Below, in pieces: positions 38,291-47,628 of a DNA stretch of 64,000 nt (positions are counted from its first letter, which is position 1; every line of letters begins with the position of its first letter). The notes beneath the pieces are model-generated. The model made no database searches, was not told the DNA's origin, and worked only from the letters and a program-made list of their open reading frames with translations. The translations under genes were made by a program, and so were the position numbers. The stretch is from Promethearchaeota archaeon (lineage in GTDB: Archaea; Asgardarchaeota; Lokiarchaeia; Sigyniarchaeales; SOKP01): positions 67,628-131,627 of the forward strand of contig JBHLPW010000003.1 of NCBI GenBank assembly GCA_048939015.1, written 5' to 3'.

Positions 38291-40234
38291 ATGAAGAGTA
38301 ATGAAAATCATCGGATTGGATACTATGCTTGTCAATGAGGCGTAAATATACGGACCAAAGTTGATTGCGATGAGCTTGTAGAATATGTAAGCAATAGTTT
38401 TAATGATGTTGTGATTGCTAAAAAAAATGCTTTTCTTTGAACTGATAATGCACAAAATGAAATAATAGAGGATATTAGGGAAAAGAATTTAAACAGAATT
38501 GTAGCTTCTGCTTGAACTCCACGAACTCACGAGGTTATTTATCGAGGAACAATTGCTAAAACAGATTTAAATCCTTATTACTTTCAAATGGTAAATGTAC
38601 GCGAACATTGTTCTTGGTGTACAGATACTAAAGAAGAAGCCACAGAAAAAGCAAAAAAATTAGTTAAAAGTGGGATTGAAAGAGCTAAAAGATTAGAACC
38701 TGTTCCAATAAAAACAGTTCCGGTTACAAAAGCTACTTTAGTAGTTGGAGGAGGGATAGGTGGTATGAATGCTGCTCTTGATCTTGCCAATCAGGGAATT
38801 AAGGTCTATTTAGTTGATCAAAAAACTACAATTGGAGGAAGAATGTCTCAATTAGACAGAACTTTTCCTACGGATGACTGTGCTATATGAATTTGCGGAC
38901 CTAAAATGTTAGAAGTCAATCGAAATGAGAATATTGAGTTATTAACGTATAGCGAAGTAAAGAAAGTAGAAGGTTATGTTGGGAATTATACTGTAACAAT
39001 TGAAAAGAAACCACGATATACAACGGATGAGTGTAATGGATGTGGTGCATGCAGCGAAGTTTGTCCAGTATATGTAAGTAATTATTTTGATGAACATTTA
39101 GGTGCTCGAAAAGCAATCGATATTCCATTTGGTCAAGCAGTACCATTTCTATTTGATATTGATAGAGATGCGTGTATTGAGTGTTTTTCATGTGTAGATG
39201 CATGCGAATTAGATGCTATTGATTTCAGTCAAATACCTACAGATATTAATGTTGAAGTAGGTACGATTATTATAGCAACTGGTTGGGATATATATGAACC
39301 TTTTGGTGAATATGGCTACGGAGAATTCGAAAATGTAATAACTCAAGTTCAATTAGAACGTATTTTAGCCCCAAATGGACCACTTGAGGGACATGTGCAT
39401 CGACTTTCAGATGATAAGAAACCCAAAGAAATTGTATTTATACAATGCGTAGGAAGTCGGGAAACTGAGCGAACATATTGTAGTGGAGTATGTTGCATGC
39501 TTGCCTTAAAGAATGGGAGATTATTACTTGAAGAATTCCCTGATGCGCACATAACAATTTGTTATATTGATATTAGAACCCCTGAAAAAGGATTTGAAGA
39601 GTATTATGAACGTGCAAAAGATGCAGGGATTAGAATGATTCGTGGTAAAGTAGGTGAAATCTCGGAAGATCCAGAAACTAAAAACTTAAAAGTCAGGTTA
39701 TATTCAACTTTAACAGATAAAATTGTAAAAATTGATGCTGATTTAGTTGTATTGTCCACAGCGGCACTCCCTTCAAAAGGAACTGAACAAATTGTAAAGG
39801 TTTTAAATCTTGATACTAATACATATGGTTTTCTCACTGAATCCCATTTCGGACTGATGCCGCAAGAAACTAAATCAAAAGGAGTTTTTATAGCAGGATT
39901 TGCTCAAGGACCAAAAAATATTTCCTATTCCGTTTCTCAAGCAAGAGCGGCGGCTAGTAAAGTAGCTGAATTAACAGCACCGGGGCAAATTGATGTAGAA
40001 CTTATCACTGCTGAAGTAGATAGTGAATTCTGTATTTCATGTAGACGATGCGAAAAAGCATGCCCTAAAAGTGCCATTAGAATTGAAAAGGATATCGGTG
40101 CATTTATTGATGAAATAAATTGTGATGGATGTGGTATTTGTGCTACTTGTTGCCCTACTCAAGCAATTGATATTAGATATTATCGTGATCATCAATTATA
40201 TGCTGAAATTGATGGTTTATTAGGAGGTGATTAA
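38291..40234 (+). CDS. hdrA: Selenocysteine-containing heterodisulfide reductase subunit A (647 aa, 4 Sec)
   Basis: One frame with TGA at 38336, 38438, 38513, 38888 (CQUG, FLU, ASAUTPRTHE, DCAIUI), aligning with CHCG, YTC, ASCTPRTHE, DCAICI in Cys paralogs 43602 and 60604; alternative ATG 38276. Confidence 0.92.
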
Positions 40235-40240
40235 ACAGAT

Positions 40241-40702
40241 ATGGATCATACATATAATCTCATTGTTTTTGCGTGCTTAAAATGAGGATATAGTGCTGCA
40301 GATTTAGCTGGAGTTTCACGATTGAAATATACTTCCGCTGTAAAAATTATTAAAGTAAGATGCACTGGAAGAGTTGGTGTTAAACATATCCTCTATAGTA
40401 TTCGCTCGGGAGCTGATGGTGTTATGATTGTGGGATGACAACCAAATGAATGTCAATTTAAAAATGGAAATTTCACAGCTGAAAGACATGTTGAATTAGC
40501 AAATAGAATATTAGCATTGAGAGGCTTTGGAGATCAAAGAATAAATATGTATTGGTTAAGTGGAGGAGATGCTGGGAAATTTGTCGAATCTGTTGAGGAT
40601 GCCTACGAAAAATTAAAAAAACTAGGACCAAATCCACTTAATTTAGTAAAAGAACAATCAGAACTTGAAAGTAAACAAGTAATAACTACCCCTGCGGAAT
40701 GA
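40241..40702 (+). CDS. mvhD: Selenocysteine-containing MvhD/VhuD/FlpD [2Fe-2S] subunit (153 aa, 2 Sec)
   Basis: SD GGAGGTGA; MDHTYNLIVFACLKUGYSAADLAG...RCTGRV...VGUQPNEC; TGA 40283 and 40436 match Cys in CNWCSYAGADLAG and TGCHIGDC of paralog 46662. Confidence 0.92.
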
Positions 40703-40748
40703 TTCTTATAAATAAATTTTAGTTATAGGAAGACTAACCTTGCAAGGG
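40689..40748 (+). ncRNA. Eukaryote-type SECIS element
   Basis: ATGA (40699-40702), 11-nt arm TTCTTATAAAT, AAA apical loop, 11-nt arm AGTTATAGGAA, GA (40732-33); lower stem CCCTGCG / TGCAAGGG. Confidence 0.85.
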
Positions 40749-40820
40749 AAGGGGTTTTTAATTAGTATTCAATTAAAAAGTAAGATTTGTTATTAAAAGT
40801 TAATCCAAAAGGATGGAAAT

Positions 40821-42341
40821 ATGGTTCAAATTACAAATAATTTAAGTTTCAATGGGATATCTCCAAAAGAATTAATGGATGCTACCTATGCGGCGGTAGA
40901 AAACTTTCAAATTCGCGCTTTCTTTGAAGCAAAGGATGAAATTTTAGAAGCAGGGAAATATACTGAAGATGAGTTTTATGAGTTTTTAGATGCGATGATT
41001 AATGCTGAAACAGAGCGTAAATTAGTACTAAATTCCTTAAAAGGTAAGAAACCGTTGTTTTTAGATGAAATTGCAGAAATAATAAATGGGTTTTCACCAG
41101 AAAATGTAATTTGTGATGTTATTTATCTTAAAGAACAGGGTTATATTGAAGAACTTATCGAAATTAAAACTAAAACTGTTATCAAGAAAATAAAGGGAGA
41201 AGAAAAAGAAGTTGAAGAAAAAGAATATTTCTACAGGTATCAAGTAAAAGATGTTCCTGAGGATTTCATGGAACATTTTTTTGAACCAGTTTCTATTGTG
41301 TTTGATTCTGGAGTATGCTGTCAATGTGGATGGTGTTCATCAATTTGTCCTGTAAATGCTATTTCAGTGACAGCAGATACTTTGGAAATAAATGATGAAA
41401 TATGTATGAAATGTGGTTTATGTTACTCTGTTTGTCCAAGATCATTTTCGATAGAACAAGCAGGTAAGAGTATAAATAAACTTAATAAAACATTAGAGTT
41501 TTCAGAAAAAATTAATGGTTATATTAATACTTATAGTGCTAGTACCACTAAAGATAGTATTAAAAAAGTAAGACAAGATGGAGGGATAGTTACTTCACTC
41601 TGTCAATATCTCTTAGATAATAATCTTGTTGATGCGATTGTAGCAGTACAACATTCGGAAGAAAAATGGAAACCTGAACCTGTTATTGTGGATGATTTAA
41701 AAGATTTATATAAAACTGGAGGCACAAAATATGCAAACGCATCAACTTTAGCTATTATAGATAATACTAAGAAATACGATAAAATAGCTGTTGTAGGAAC
41801 TCCATGTATGATGAATGCTCTTGAAAAAGGTAGTCTTTTTCCAAGTGGAGTATCTTTTTTCAAGAATATAGAATATAAGATTGGTCTTTTTTGCATGGAA
41901 TCTTTTCCATATGGAGGAGTACTTGGGTTAATTAAAGAGCAATTTAATCAAGATTTCAATAAAGTAATAAAGATGGACATTAGTAGCGGCAAATTTATCA
42001 TTTATTTGGATAATGGAGAAGACTTAAATGTTCCACTAAAAGATGTAAAATCATATGCCCGTCGTAATTGTCATTTTTGTGAGGATTTAACAGCAGATTA
42101 TGCAGATATATCCGTTGGATCGATTGGATCTGGAAGTGGATGGTCTTCTGTTATAACTCGAAATAAGAAAGGTGAAGAAATTTTTAAGGGAGCTATTAAG
42201 GCAGGATTAATAGAATCTAAAAGTTTAAAGGATGTTAAGCCAGGACTATCCCTATTAGAAAGAATTGCTGGTACAAAGAGAAAAAATTGTAAACCAATTG
42301 ATTTAAAGAAAGAAAAAGAAAGGAGTGACAATCATAACTGA
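40821..42341 (+). CDS. FrhB-family F420-oxidoreductase beta subunit with N-terminal extension
   Basis: CCQCGWCSSICP, CMKCGLCYSVCP, QDGGIVT, VGTPC, GLFCME, CHFCED, ADISVGSIGS. Confidence 0.88.
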   Translation: MVQITNNLSFNGISPKELMDATYAAVENFQIRAFFEAKDEILEAGKYTEDEFYEFLDAMINAETERKLVLNSLKGKKPLFLDEIAEIINGFSPENVICDVIYLKEQGYIEELIEIKTKTVIKKIKGEEKEVEEKEYFYRYQVKDVPEDFMEHFFEPVSIVFDSGVCCQCGWCSSICPVNAISVTADTLEINDEICMKCGLCYSVCPRSFSIEQAGKSINKLNKTLEFSEKINGYINTYSASTTKDSIKKVRQDGGIVTSLCQYLLDNNLVDAIVAVQHSEEKWKPEPVIVDDLKDLYKTGGTKYANASTLAIIDNTKKYDKIAVVGTPCMMNALEKGSLFPSGVSFFKNIEYKIGLFCMESFPYGGVLGLIKEQFNQDFNKVIKMDISSGKFIIYLDNGEDLNVPLKDVKSYARRNCHFCEDLTADYADISVGSIGSGSGWSSVITRNKKGEEIFKGAIKAGLIESKSLKDVKPGLSLLERIAGTKRKNCKPIDLKKEKERSDNHN

Positions 42342-43602
42342 AATTGAAAAATCGAAGAAGTTAAAACCAGTTTCAGGTGACAACAATGAATATTTGAAAA
42401 AAATATTCGAGCCAGATTTAAGCAATTTGTTAAAGAAATGTTATCAGTGCGCTCGTTGCTCAGGTGTATGCCAAATCAGCAAAGTTCAAAAATTTACTCC
42501 TAGTAGAATTATTCAAACAATATTAGAAGGTTTTGAAGAGGACATAATCAATAGTGGAGTGTTATGGGACTGTTTAATGTGCAATAGTTGCCTACAACAT
42601 TGCCCTAAAGAAATTAATTTTGCTGATATTGTTAGAATTGCTAGATATAAAATGAAAATAAATGATATTCAAAATCCTGATCGTTCTATTGCTCATAAAG
42701 GAATTTATCCTTTAATGTCAGAAATGATGAGTCAAGACAATATAGAAATTGAGAGACCTTTAGATTGGGTACCAAAAGGATGTAAAATTTCAGATAAAGG
42801 AAATATTTTATACTACGTGGGATGTTTACCTTTTTTCAATTATGAATTTGAAGATTCATTTTCTATAGCGGAAAGCACCCTTAAAATTATTTGTCAATTA
42901 GAGAATGATCCAGTTGTAGTTTTGAAAGATGAAATATGCTGTGGTCACGATTTATATTGGGGCCAAGCAAAATTCGAAAGTTTTATTGAATTAGCAAAAA
43001 AAAATCTTAAACTTTTTGAGGAAACAGGAGCAAATACAATAGTTACTGCTTGTGCTGAATGTTATAGAACTTTTAAAATCGATTATTCAAAACTATTTGA
43101 AGATTTTAATGAAAAGTTTGAAGTAAAACATATAATTGAATATATCTATGATAAATGGAAGCAGGGAAAAGTTCAATTTAAAAATCCTAATGAATCTAAT
43201 GATGTTATTCCTTTTACTTATCATGATCCATGTAGATTAAGTAGATTTTTACCAAAGGATAATAAAATTGTGGAGAATGTCCGAGAAATCTTCAAATATT
43301 TGAAAACCATTGGTTATAATTTTAAAGAAATGGAGCATAATAAAGAAAATTCTTATTGCTGTGGAGTAAATTCTTGGATGAATTGTAATGAACGGTCTAA
43401 AGCTTTAAGATATAAACGTCTTTTAGAAGCTAAAGCAGTTGGGAATAAAATGATTACAGCCTGTCCAAAATGCCGAATGCATTTGAATTGTTTAAAGAAA
43501 GATTATGATGCTTTTTCTTCTATAGAAATTATAGATTTTTCAGAATTTTTAGTAGATTTGATCGTGTTAATAGAACCTGATCAAAATATTGAGGGGAAGT
43601 AA
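42325..43602 (+). CDS. HdrD-like (HdrC-HdrB type) Fe-S/CCG oxidoreductase
   Basis: CYQCARCSGVC, CLMCNSCLQHCP, CCG twice, CAEC, YHDPC, CPKC; start may be ATA 42334. Confidence 0.88.
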   Translation: MTIITEIEKSKKLKPVSGDNNEYLKKIFEPDLSNLLKKCYQCARCSGVCQISKVQKFTPSRIIQTILEGFEEDIINSGVLWDCLMCNSCLQHCPKEINFADIVRIARYKMKINDIQNPDRSIAHKGIYPLMSEMMSQDNIEIERPLDWVPKGCKISDKGNILYYVGCLPFFNYEFEDSFSIAESTLKIICQLENDPVVVLKDEICCGHDLYWGQAKFESFIELAKKNLKLFEETGANTIVTACAECYRTFKIDYSKLFEDFNEKFEVKHIIEYIYDKWKQGKVQFKNPNESNDVIPFTYHDPCRLSRFLPKDNKIVENVREIFKYLKTIGYNFKEMEHNKENSYCCGVNSWMNCNERSKALRYKRLLEAKAVGNKMITACPKCRMHLNCLKKDYDAFSSIEIIDFSEFLVDLIVLIEPDQNIEGK

Positions 43603-46600
43603 TGGAGAAAGTCGGAGCTGTCTTAGTTATTGGTGGTGGAATTGCTGGTATTCAAACATCTATAGATTTAGCAGACTCAGGTTATAAAGTATATTTAGCA
43701 GAATCTACAACTAGTATTGGGGGAGTTATGTCTCAGCTAGATAAAACATTTCCCACTAATGATTGTGCAATTTGTATACTTGCTCCGAAGTTAGTACAAA
43801 CTGGTCGACATGAAAATATAGATATTTTAATTAATTCTTCGGTTGAAAAAATTGAAGGAGTCCCTGGTAATTTTAATGTTGAGTTGACTCAAACAACACT
43901 TCGTTTGGATCAAAGTAAATGCACAGGATGTGGTTTGTGCGCTCAACAATGCCCTATAGAGGCTATTGATTTTTTTAATGAAAAACTCTCTAATAATGCT
44001 GCAATTTCTGTAAAATTCCCTCAAGCAGTTCCCTTAGTCTTCTCAATTAATAAAGAAAAATGTATAGGTTGTGGTATTTGTAGGGGAATATGTAAAGCAA
44101 AAGCTATAAATTATGATCTTGAGGATAAACTTATTAATCTCAATGTAGGTGCTATTGTACTAGCAATTGGATTTGATGAATACGATCCTACGCCTTTAAC
44201 AGAATTAGGTTATGGTAAGCATTTAAATGTAATTACTAGTATTGAGTTTGAACGTATACTTAGTGCTAGTGGTCCACATTCAGGGTTAATAATTCGTCCC
44301 TCTGATGGAATTATTCCCAAAAAAATAGCCTTTCTACATTGTATAGGATCAAGGGATAGAAAGCATAGAATTGATTACTGTTCTTCTGTATGTTGTATGT
44401 ATACTACAAAGGAAGCGGTTATTGCAAAAGAGCATATGAATATTGTAAAACCAACAATTTTTACAATGGATATAAGGGCATATGGCAAAGATTTTGATAA
44501 ATATATTGAACGAGCGAAAAATGAATATGGTGTAAGATATATTAGACGCAGAATATCTTCTATTAAAGAAATTCCAGACTCTAAAGATTTAAAGGTGTAT
44601 TATGAAAATGGACATGGGAAAATTGTTGAAGAAATATTTAATTTAGTTGTCCTTTCTGTGGGAATGCAACCTAACCGACAAGCAAATAAATTAGCACAGA
44701 AACTAAGTATCCAGTTAAATGAATATGGTTTTTGTAAAACAGGAACTTTTAACCCAGTAGAAACATCGAAACCTGGAATTTATGTGTGTGGTTCTTTCGC
44801 AACGCCTAAAGATATTCCAGAAACAGTTATTGAAGCTAGTGCTGCTGCGGGGCAAGTAAATGTTCTTTTATCAGAAGCAAGAAATACTTTAGTCTCTAAG
44901 AAGGAACTCCCTGAGGAACTAGATGTAAGTGATCAACCCCCGCGAATCGGTGTATTTATTTGTCATTGTGGTATAAATATTGGTGGGGTTGTTGATGTTC
45001 CTGCAGTAGTTGAATATGTTAAAACTTTGCCCAATGTTGCTTATGCTGAGCATAATTTATATACTTGTTCAGCTGATACTCAAACTAATATTAAAGAAAA
45101 AATCATAAAGAATCAACTTAATAGGGTTATTGTCGCATCATGTACTCCAAGGACACATGAACCTTTATTTCAAGCGACAATCAGGGAGGTTGGGTTAAAT
45201 AAATATCTTTTTGAAATGGTGAATATTCGAGATCAGTGTTCATGGGTTCATATGCATGAACCTGAAAAAGCAACAGCAAAAGCTAAAGACCTATTGCGCA
45301 TGTCAGTTGCAAAGGCTAGTCAATTGATCCCGTTGCAAGAACAAGAAATATCTGTAATAGACAAAGGTCTAATCATAGGTGGTGGTGTATCTGGAATGTC
45401 AGCAGCGTTAAATTTGGCTTCTCAAGGATATGAAGTGTTCTTAATTGAAAAAGAAGATTCACTAGGTGGTTTCGCTAAAAATATTTTTCAAACCCTTGAA
45501 AATGACAATGTTCAAGAATTTCTTGAAAACCTAATTAATAAAGTTGAAAATAATCAACTAATCCAGGTGTTTAAAAACACTGAAATCAAATCTATATCCG
45601 GATACATTGGAAATTTTTCTACAAATATAACTTATGGCAATAATGGTAAAAGTATTGATTTAGATCATGGGATAATCATCGTAGCCACTGGTGCAAAAGA
45701 ATATCAGCCAAAAGAATATAGTTACAGAAAAGATGAAAGAATTATATTACAGACTGAGTTTGAAAAAGTTCTATTTACTACTGACAAGATCAAAGGATTA
45801 AAATCAATAGTAATGATCCAATGTGTAGGATCGAGAAATGAAGATCATCCTTATTGTAGCAGAATTTGCTGCTCAGAAGCAATAAAAAATGCCTTAAAAG
45901 CAAAAGAAATAAACCCTGAAATAGAAATAGTCATCCTATATCGTGATATTCGAACATATGGTTTTAAAGAAAAATACTACAACTTAGCACGAGATAATAA
46001 GATAATATTTCTTAGATTCGATGAATCTAAACCCCCAGAATTAAAAATTAAAAATAAAAGGTTAACAATTATAACAAATAATCCAGATTTAGGGAAACTT
46101 GAAATAAATCCTGATTTAGTTGTATTAAGTACAGGACTCATAGCACCTATAAAAGAAAATGAGGAACTTGCTAAAATGTTAAAAGTTCCTCTTAATGAAG
46201 ACAAATTCTTTTTAGAAGCTCATGTTAAATTGAGACCAATTGATTTTGCTACGGATGGCATATATTTATGTGGAACTGCTCATTCACCAAAAGATCTTCG
46301 AGAATCAATAGCACAATCAAATGGAGCTGCTGCTCAAGCTGTTAAAATTTTAAGTGCTGAAAAACTCGTCACATCAGGACTTGTAGCAGTTGTAATTGAA
46401 GAAAATTGCATTGGATGTGGAAGCTGTATGGAAGTCTGTCAATTTAATGCTATTGAATTAATAGAGAAAGAAAAAACATTCGAAGATATTACAATGACTA
46501 TAAGAAAATCTCATGTAAATCCTGCACTCTGTAAAGGTTGTGGTACATGTGGTGCGCAATGTCCTAATTCAACAATTGTTATAAAACATTTTGGATTTGA

Positions 46601-46643
46601 GCAAATCCATGCAATGATATCGGCACTTCTAGTCCAAACCTAA
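43602..46643 (+). CDS. hdrA: Large (two-module) heterodisulfide reductase subunit A
   Basis: GGGIAG, LDKTFPTNDCAIC, ferredoxin motifs, CSSVCCM, CHCG, CTPRTHE, second FAD module. Confidence 0.93.
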   Translation: MEKVGAVLVIGGGIAGIQTSIDLADSGYKVYLAESTTSIGGVMSQLDKTFPTNDCAICILAPKLVQTGRHENIDILINSSVEKIEGVPGNFNVELTQTTLRLDQSKCTGCGLCAQQCPIEAIDFFNEKLSNNAAISVKFPQAVPLVFSINKEKCIGCGICRGICKAKAINYDLEDKLINLNVGAIVLAIGFDEYDPTPLTELGYGKHLNVITSIEFERILSASGPHSGLIIRPSDGIIPKKIAFLHCIGSRDRKHRIDYCSSVCCMYTTKEAVIAKEHMNIVKPTIFTMDIRAYGKDFDKYIERAKNEYGVRYIRRRISSIKEIPDSKDLKVYYENGHGKIVEEIFNLVVLSVGMQPNRQANKLAQKLSIQLNEYGFCKTGTFNPVETSKPGIYVCGSFATPKDIPETVIEASAAAGQVNVLLSEARNTLVSKKELPEELDVSDQPPRIGVFICHCGINIGGVVDVPAVVEYVKTLPNVAYAEHNLYTCSADTQTNIKEKIIKNQLNRVIVASCTPRTHEPLFQATIREVGLNKYLFEMVNIRDQCSWVHMHEPEKATAKAKDLLRMSVAKASQLIPLQEQEISVIDKGLIIGGGVSGMSAALNLASQGYEVFLIEKEDSLGGFAKNIFQTLENDNVQEFLENLINKVENNQLIQVFKNTEIKSISGYIGNFSTNITYGNNGKSIDLDHGIIIVATGAKEYQPKEYSYRKDERIILQTEFEKVLFTTDKIKGLKSIVMIQCVGSRNEDHPYCSRICCSEAIKNALKAKEINPEIEIVILYRDIRTYGFKEKYYNLARDNKIIFLRFDESKPPELKIKNKRLTIITNNPDLGKLEINPDLVVLSTGLIAPIKENEELAKMLKVPLNEDKFFLEAHVKLRPIDFATDGIYLCGTAHSPKDLRESIAQSNGAAAQAVKILSAEKLVTSGLVAVVIEENCIGCGSCMEVCQFNAIELIEKEKTFEDITMTIRKSHVNPALCKGCGTCGAQCPNSTIVIKHFGFEQIHAMISALLVQT

Positions 46644-46661
46644 ATTATAAGGTATTAAATT

Positions 46662-47093
46662 ATGTCTAAGTCAAAAAAGAAAGTAAGTAAAAAAGATTTT
46701 CACCCAAACATATTGTGTTTTTGTTGTAATTGGTGTAGTTATGCTGGGGCAGATTTAGCTGGTGTATCACGTTTTCAATATCCCTCTACCATTAGAATTG
46801 TACGGGTAATGTGTTCTGGTCGAGTAGACCCCGCTTTTATTTTAGAGGCGTTTAAAGATGGTATTGATGGTGTCATTGTGACAGGGTGTCATATTGGTGA
46901 TTGTCACTATCTGAAAGGCAATGAGTTCGCTAGAGATAGATTTGAACGTTTTAAAGAAATACTAAAAATATTTCATCTTGATAAAAGATTTAGACTTGAA
47001 TGGGTAAGTGCATCTGAAGGAAAACGATTTGCTGAAGTTATTACTGAATTTACTAATCAAATTAAAAAATTAGGACCATTACAATCAATCTAA
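46662..47093 (+). CDS. mvhD: MvhD/FlpD [2Fe-2S] subunit (Cys form)
   Basis: CCNWCSYAGADLAG, VMCSGRV, GCHIGDCHY, WVSASEG. Confidence 0.95.
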   Translation: MSKSKKKVSKKDFHPNILCFCCNWCSYAGADLAGVSRFQYPSTIRIVRVMCSGRVDPAFILEAFKDGIDGVIVTGCHIGDCHYLKGNEFARDRFERFKEILKIFHLDKRFRLEWVSASEGKRFAEVITEFTNQIKKLGPLQSI

Positions 47094-47126
47094 ATAATTA
47101 TCTATTTTCGATTATATTCTTTAGGA

Positions 47127-47492
47127 TCAAACTCCTTTATTTTTCAATTCGCTTAATCTTTCTCTTGTATATAATGATTTTAGATAATCTGTGATATGTT
47201 GGAGCCTTTGTTCAAAAGGAAGGTTTTCATCTAAAACCATTTTTCGCATTAATGCTTGGTATTTCCCTTCCGCCTTTTCTATAAGGGTATTATGCTCAGT
47301 TTGAATTAACCGAATTTTTGGTTGTTTTTGAATAAAATCAATTAATATCAACCATTTTTCAGCAGCCCGAGGGTTTAATCCAATCTCTTTTAATCTACTC
47401 TTAGGAAAAACATTTTTTTGGGTATCTATAAACTTGAAGATTGCCTCAACTCGCTCTATAAGGGTTCGACGCTGTTTTGTATTTCTTGACAT
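47127..47492 (-). CDS. Small basic protein, possibly winged-helix DNA-binding
   Basis: 121-aa ORF; helix pattern FPKSRLKEIGLNPRAAEKWLILI. Confidence 0.6.
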   Translation of the reverse strand: MSRNTKQRRTLIERVEAIFKFIDTQKNVFPKSRLKEIGLNPRAAEKWLILIDFIQKQPKIRLIQTEHNTLIEKAEGKYQALMRKMVLDENLPFEQRLQHITDYLKSLYTRERLSELKNKGV

Positions 47493-47628
47493 TTTAAAAA
47501 TATATTATTGTACCTTTTAATATAAGATAATAATATATTAATGTATCTTATGATATATAAACATAACATTTTAAATTAATAATAACATTATGAATATATA
47601 AAAATATCAATAATGAAATCATAAGAAA

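Noticed and set aside
38210-39837. Short minus-strand ORFs over hdrA
   Set aside because: Antisense shadows of the Sec-containing hdrA frame
38291-40702. hdrA/mvhD as pseudogenes, or genome-wide UGA reassignment
   Set aside because: All six TGAs fall on conserved Cys positions with no frameshifts and a SECIS follows; TGA is an ordinary stop elsewhere (14605, 21517, 35192, 49704)
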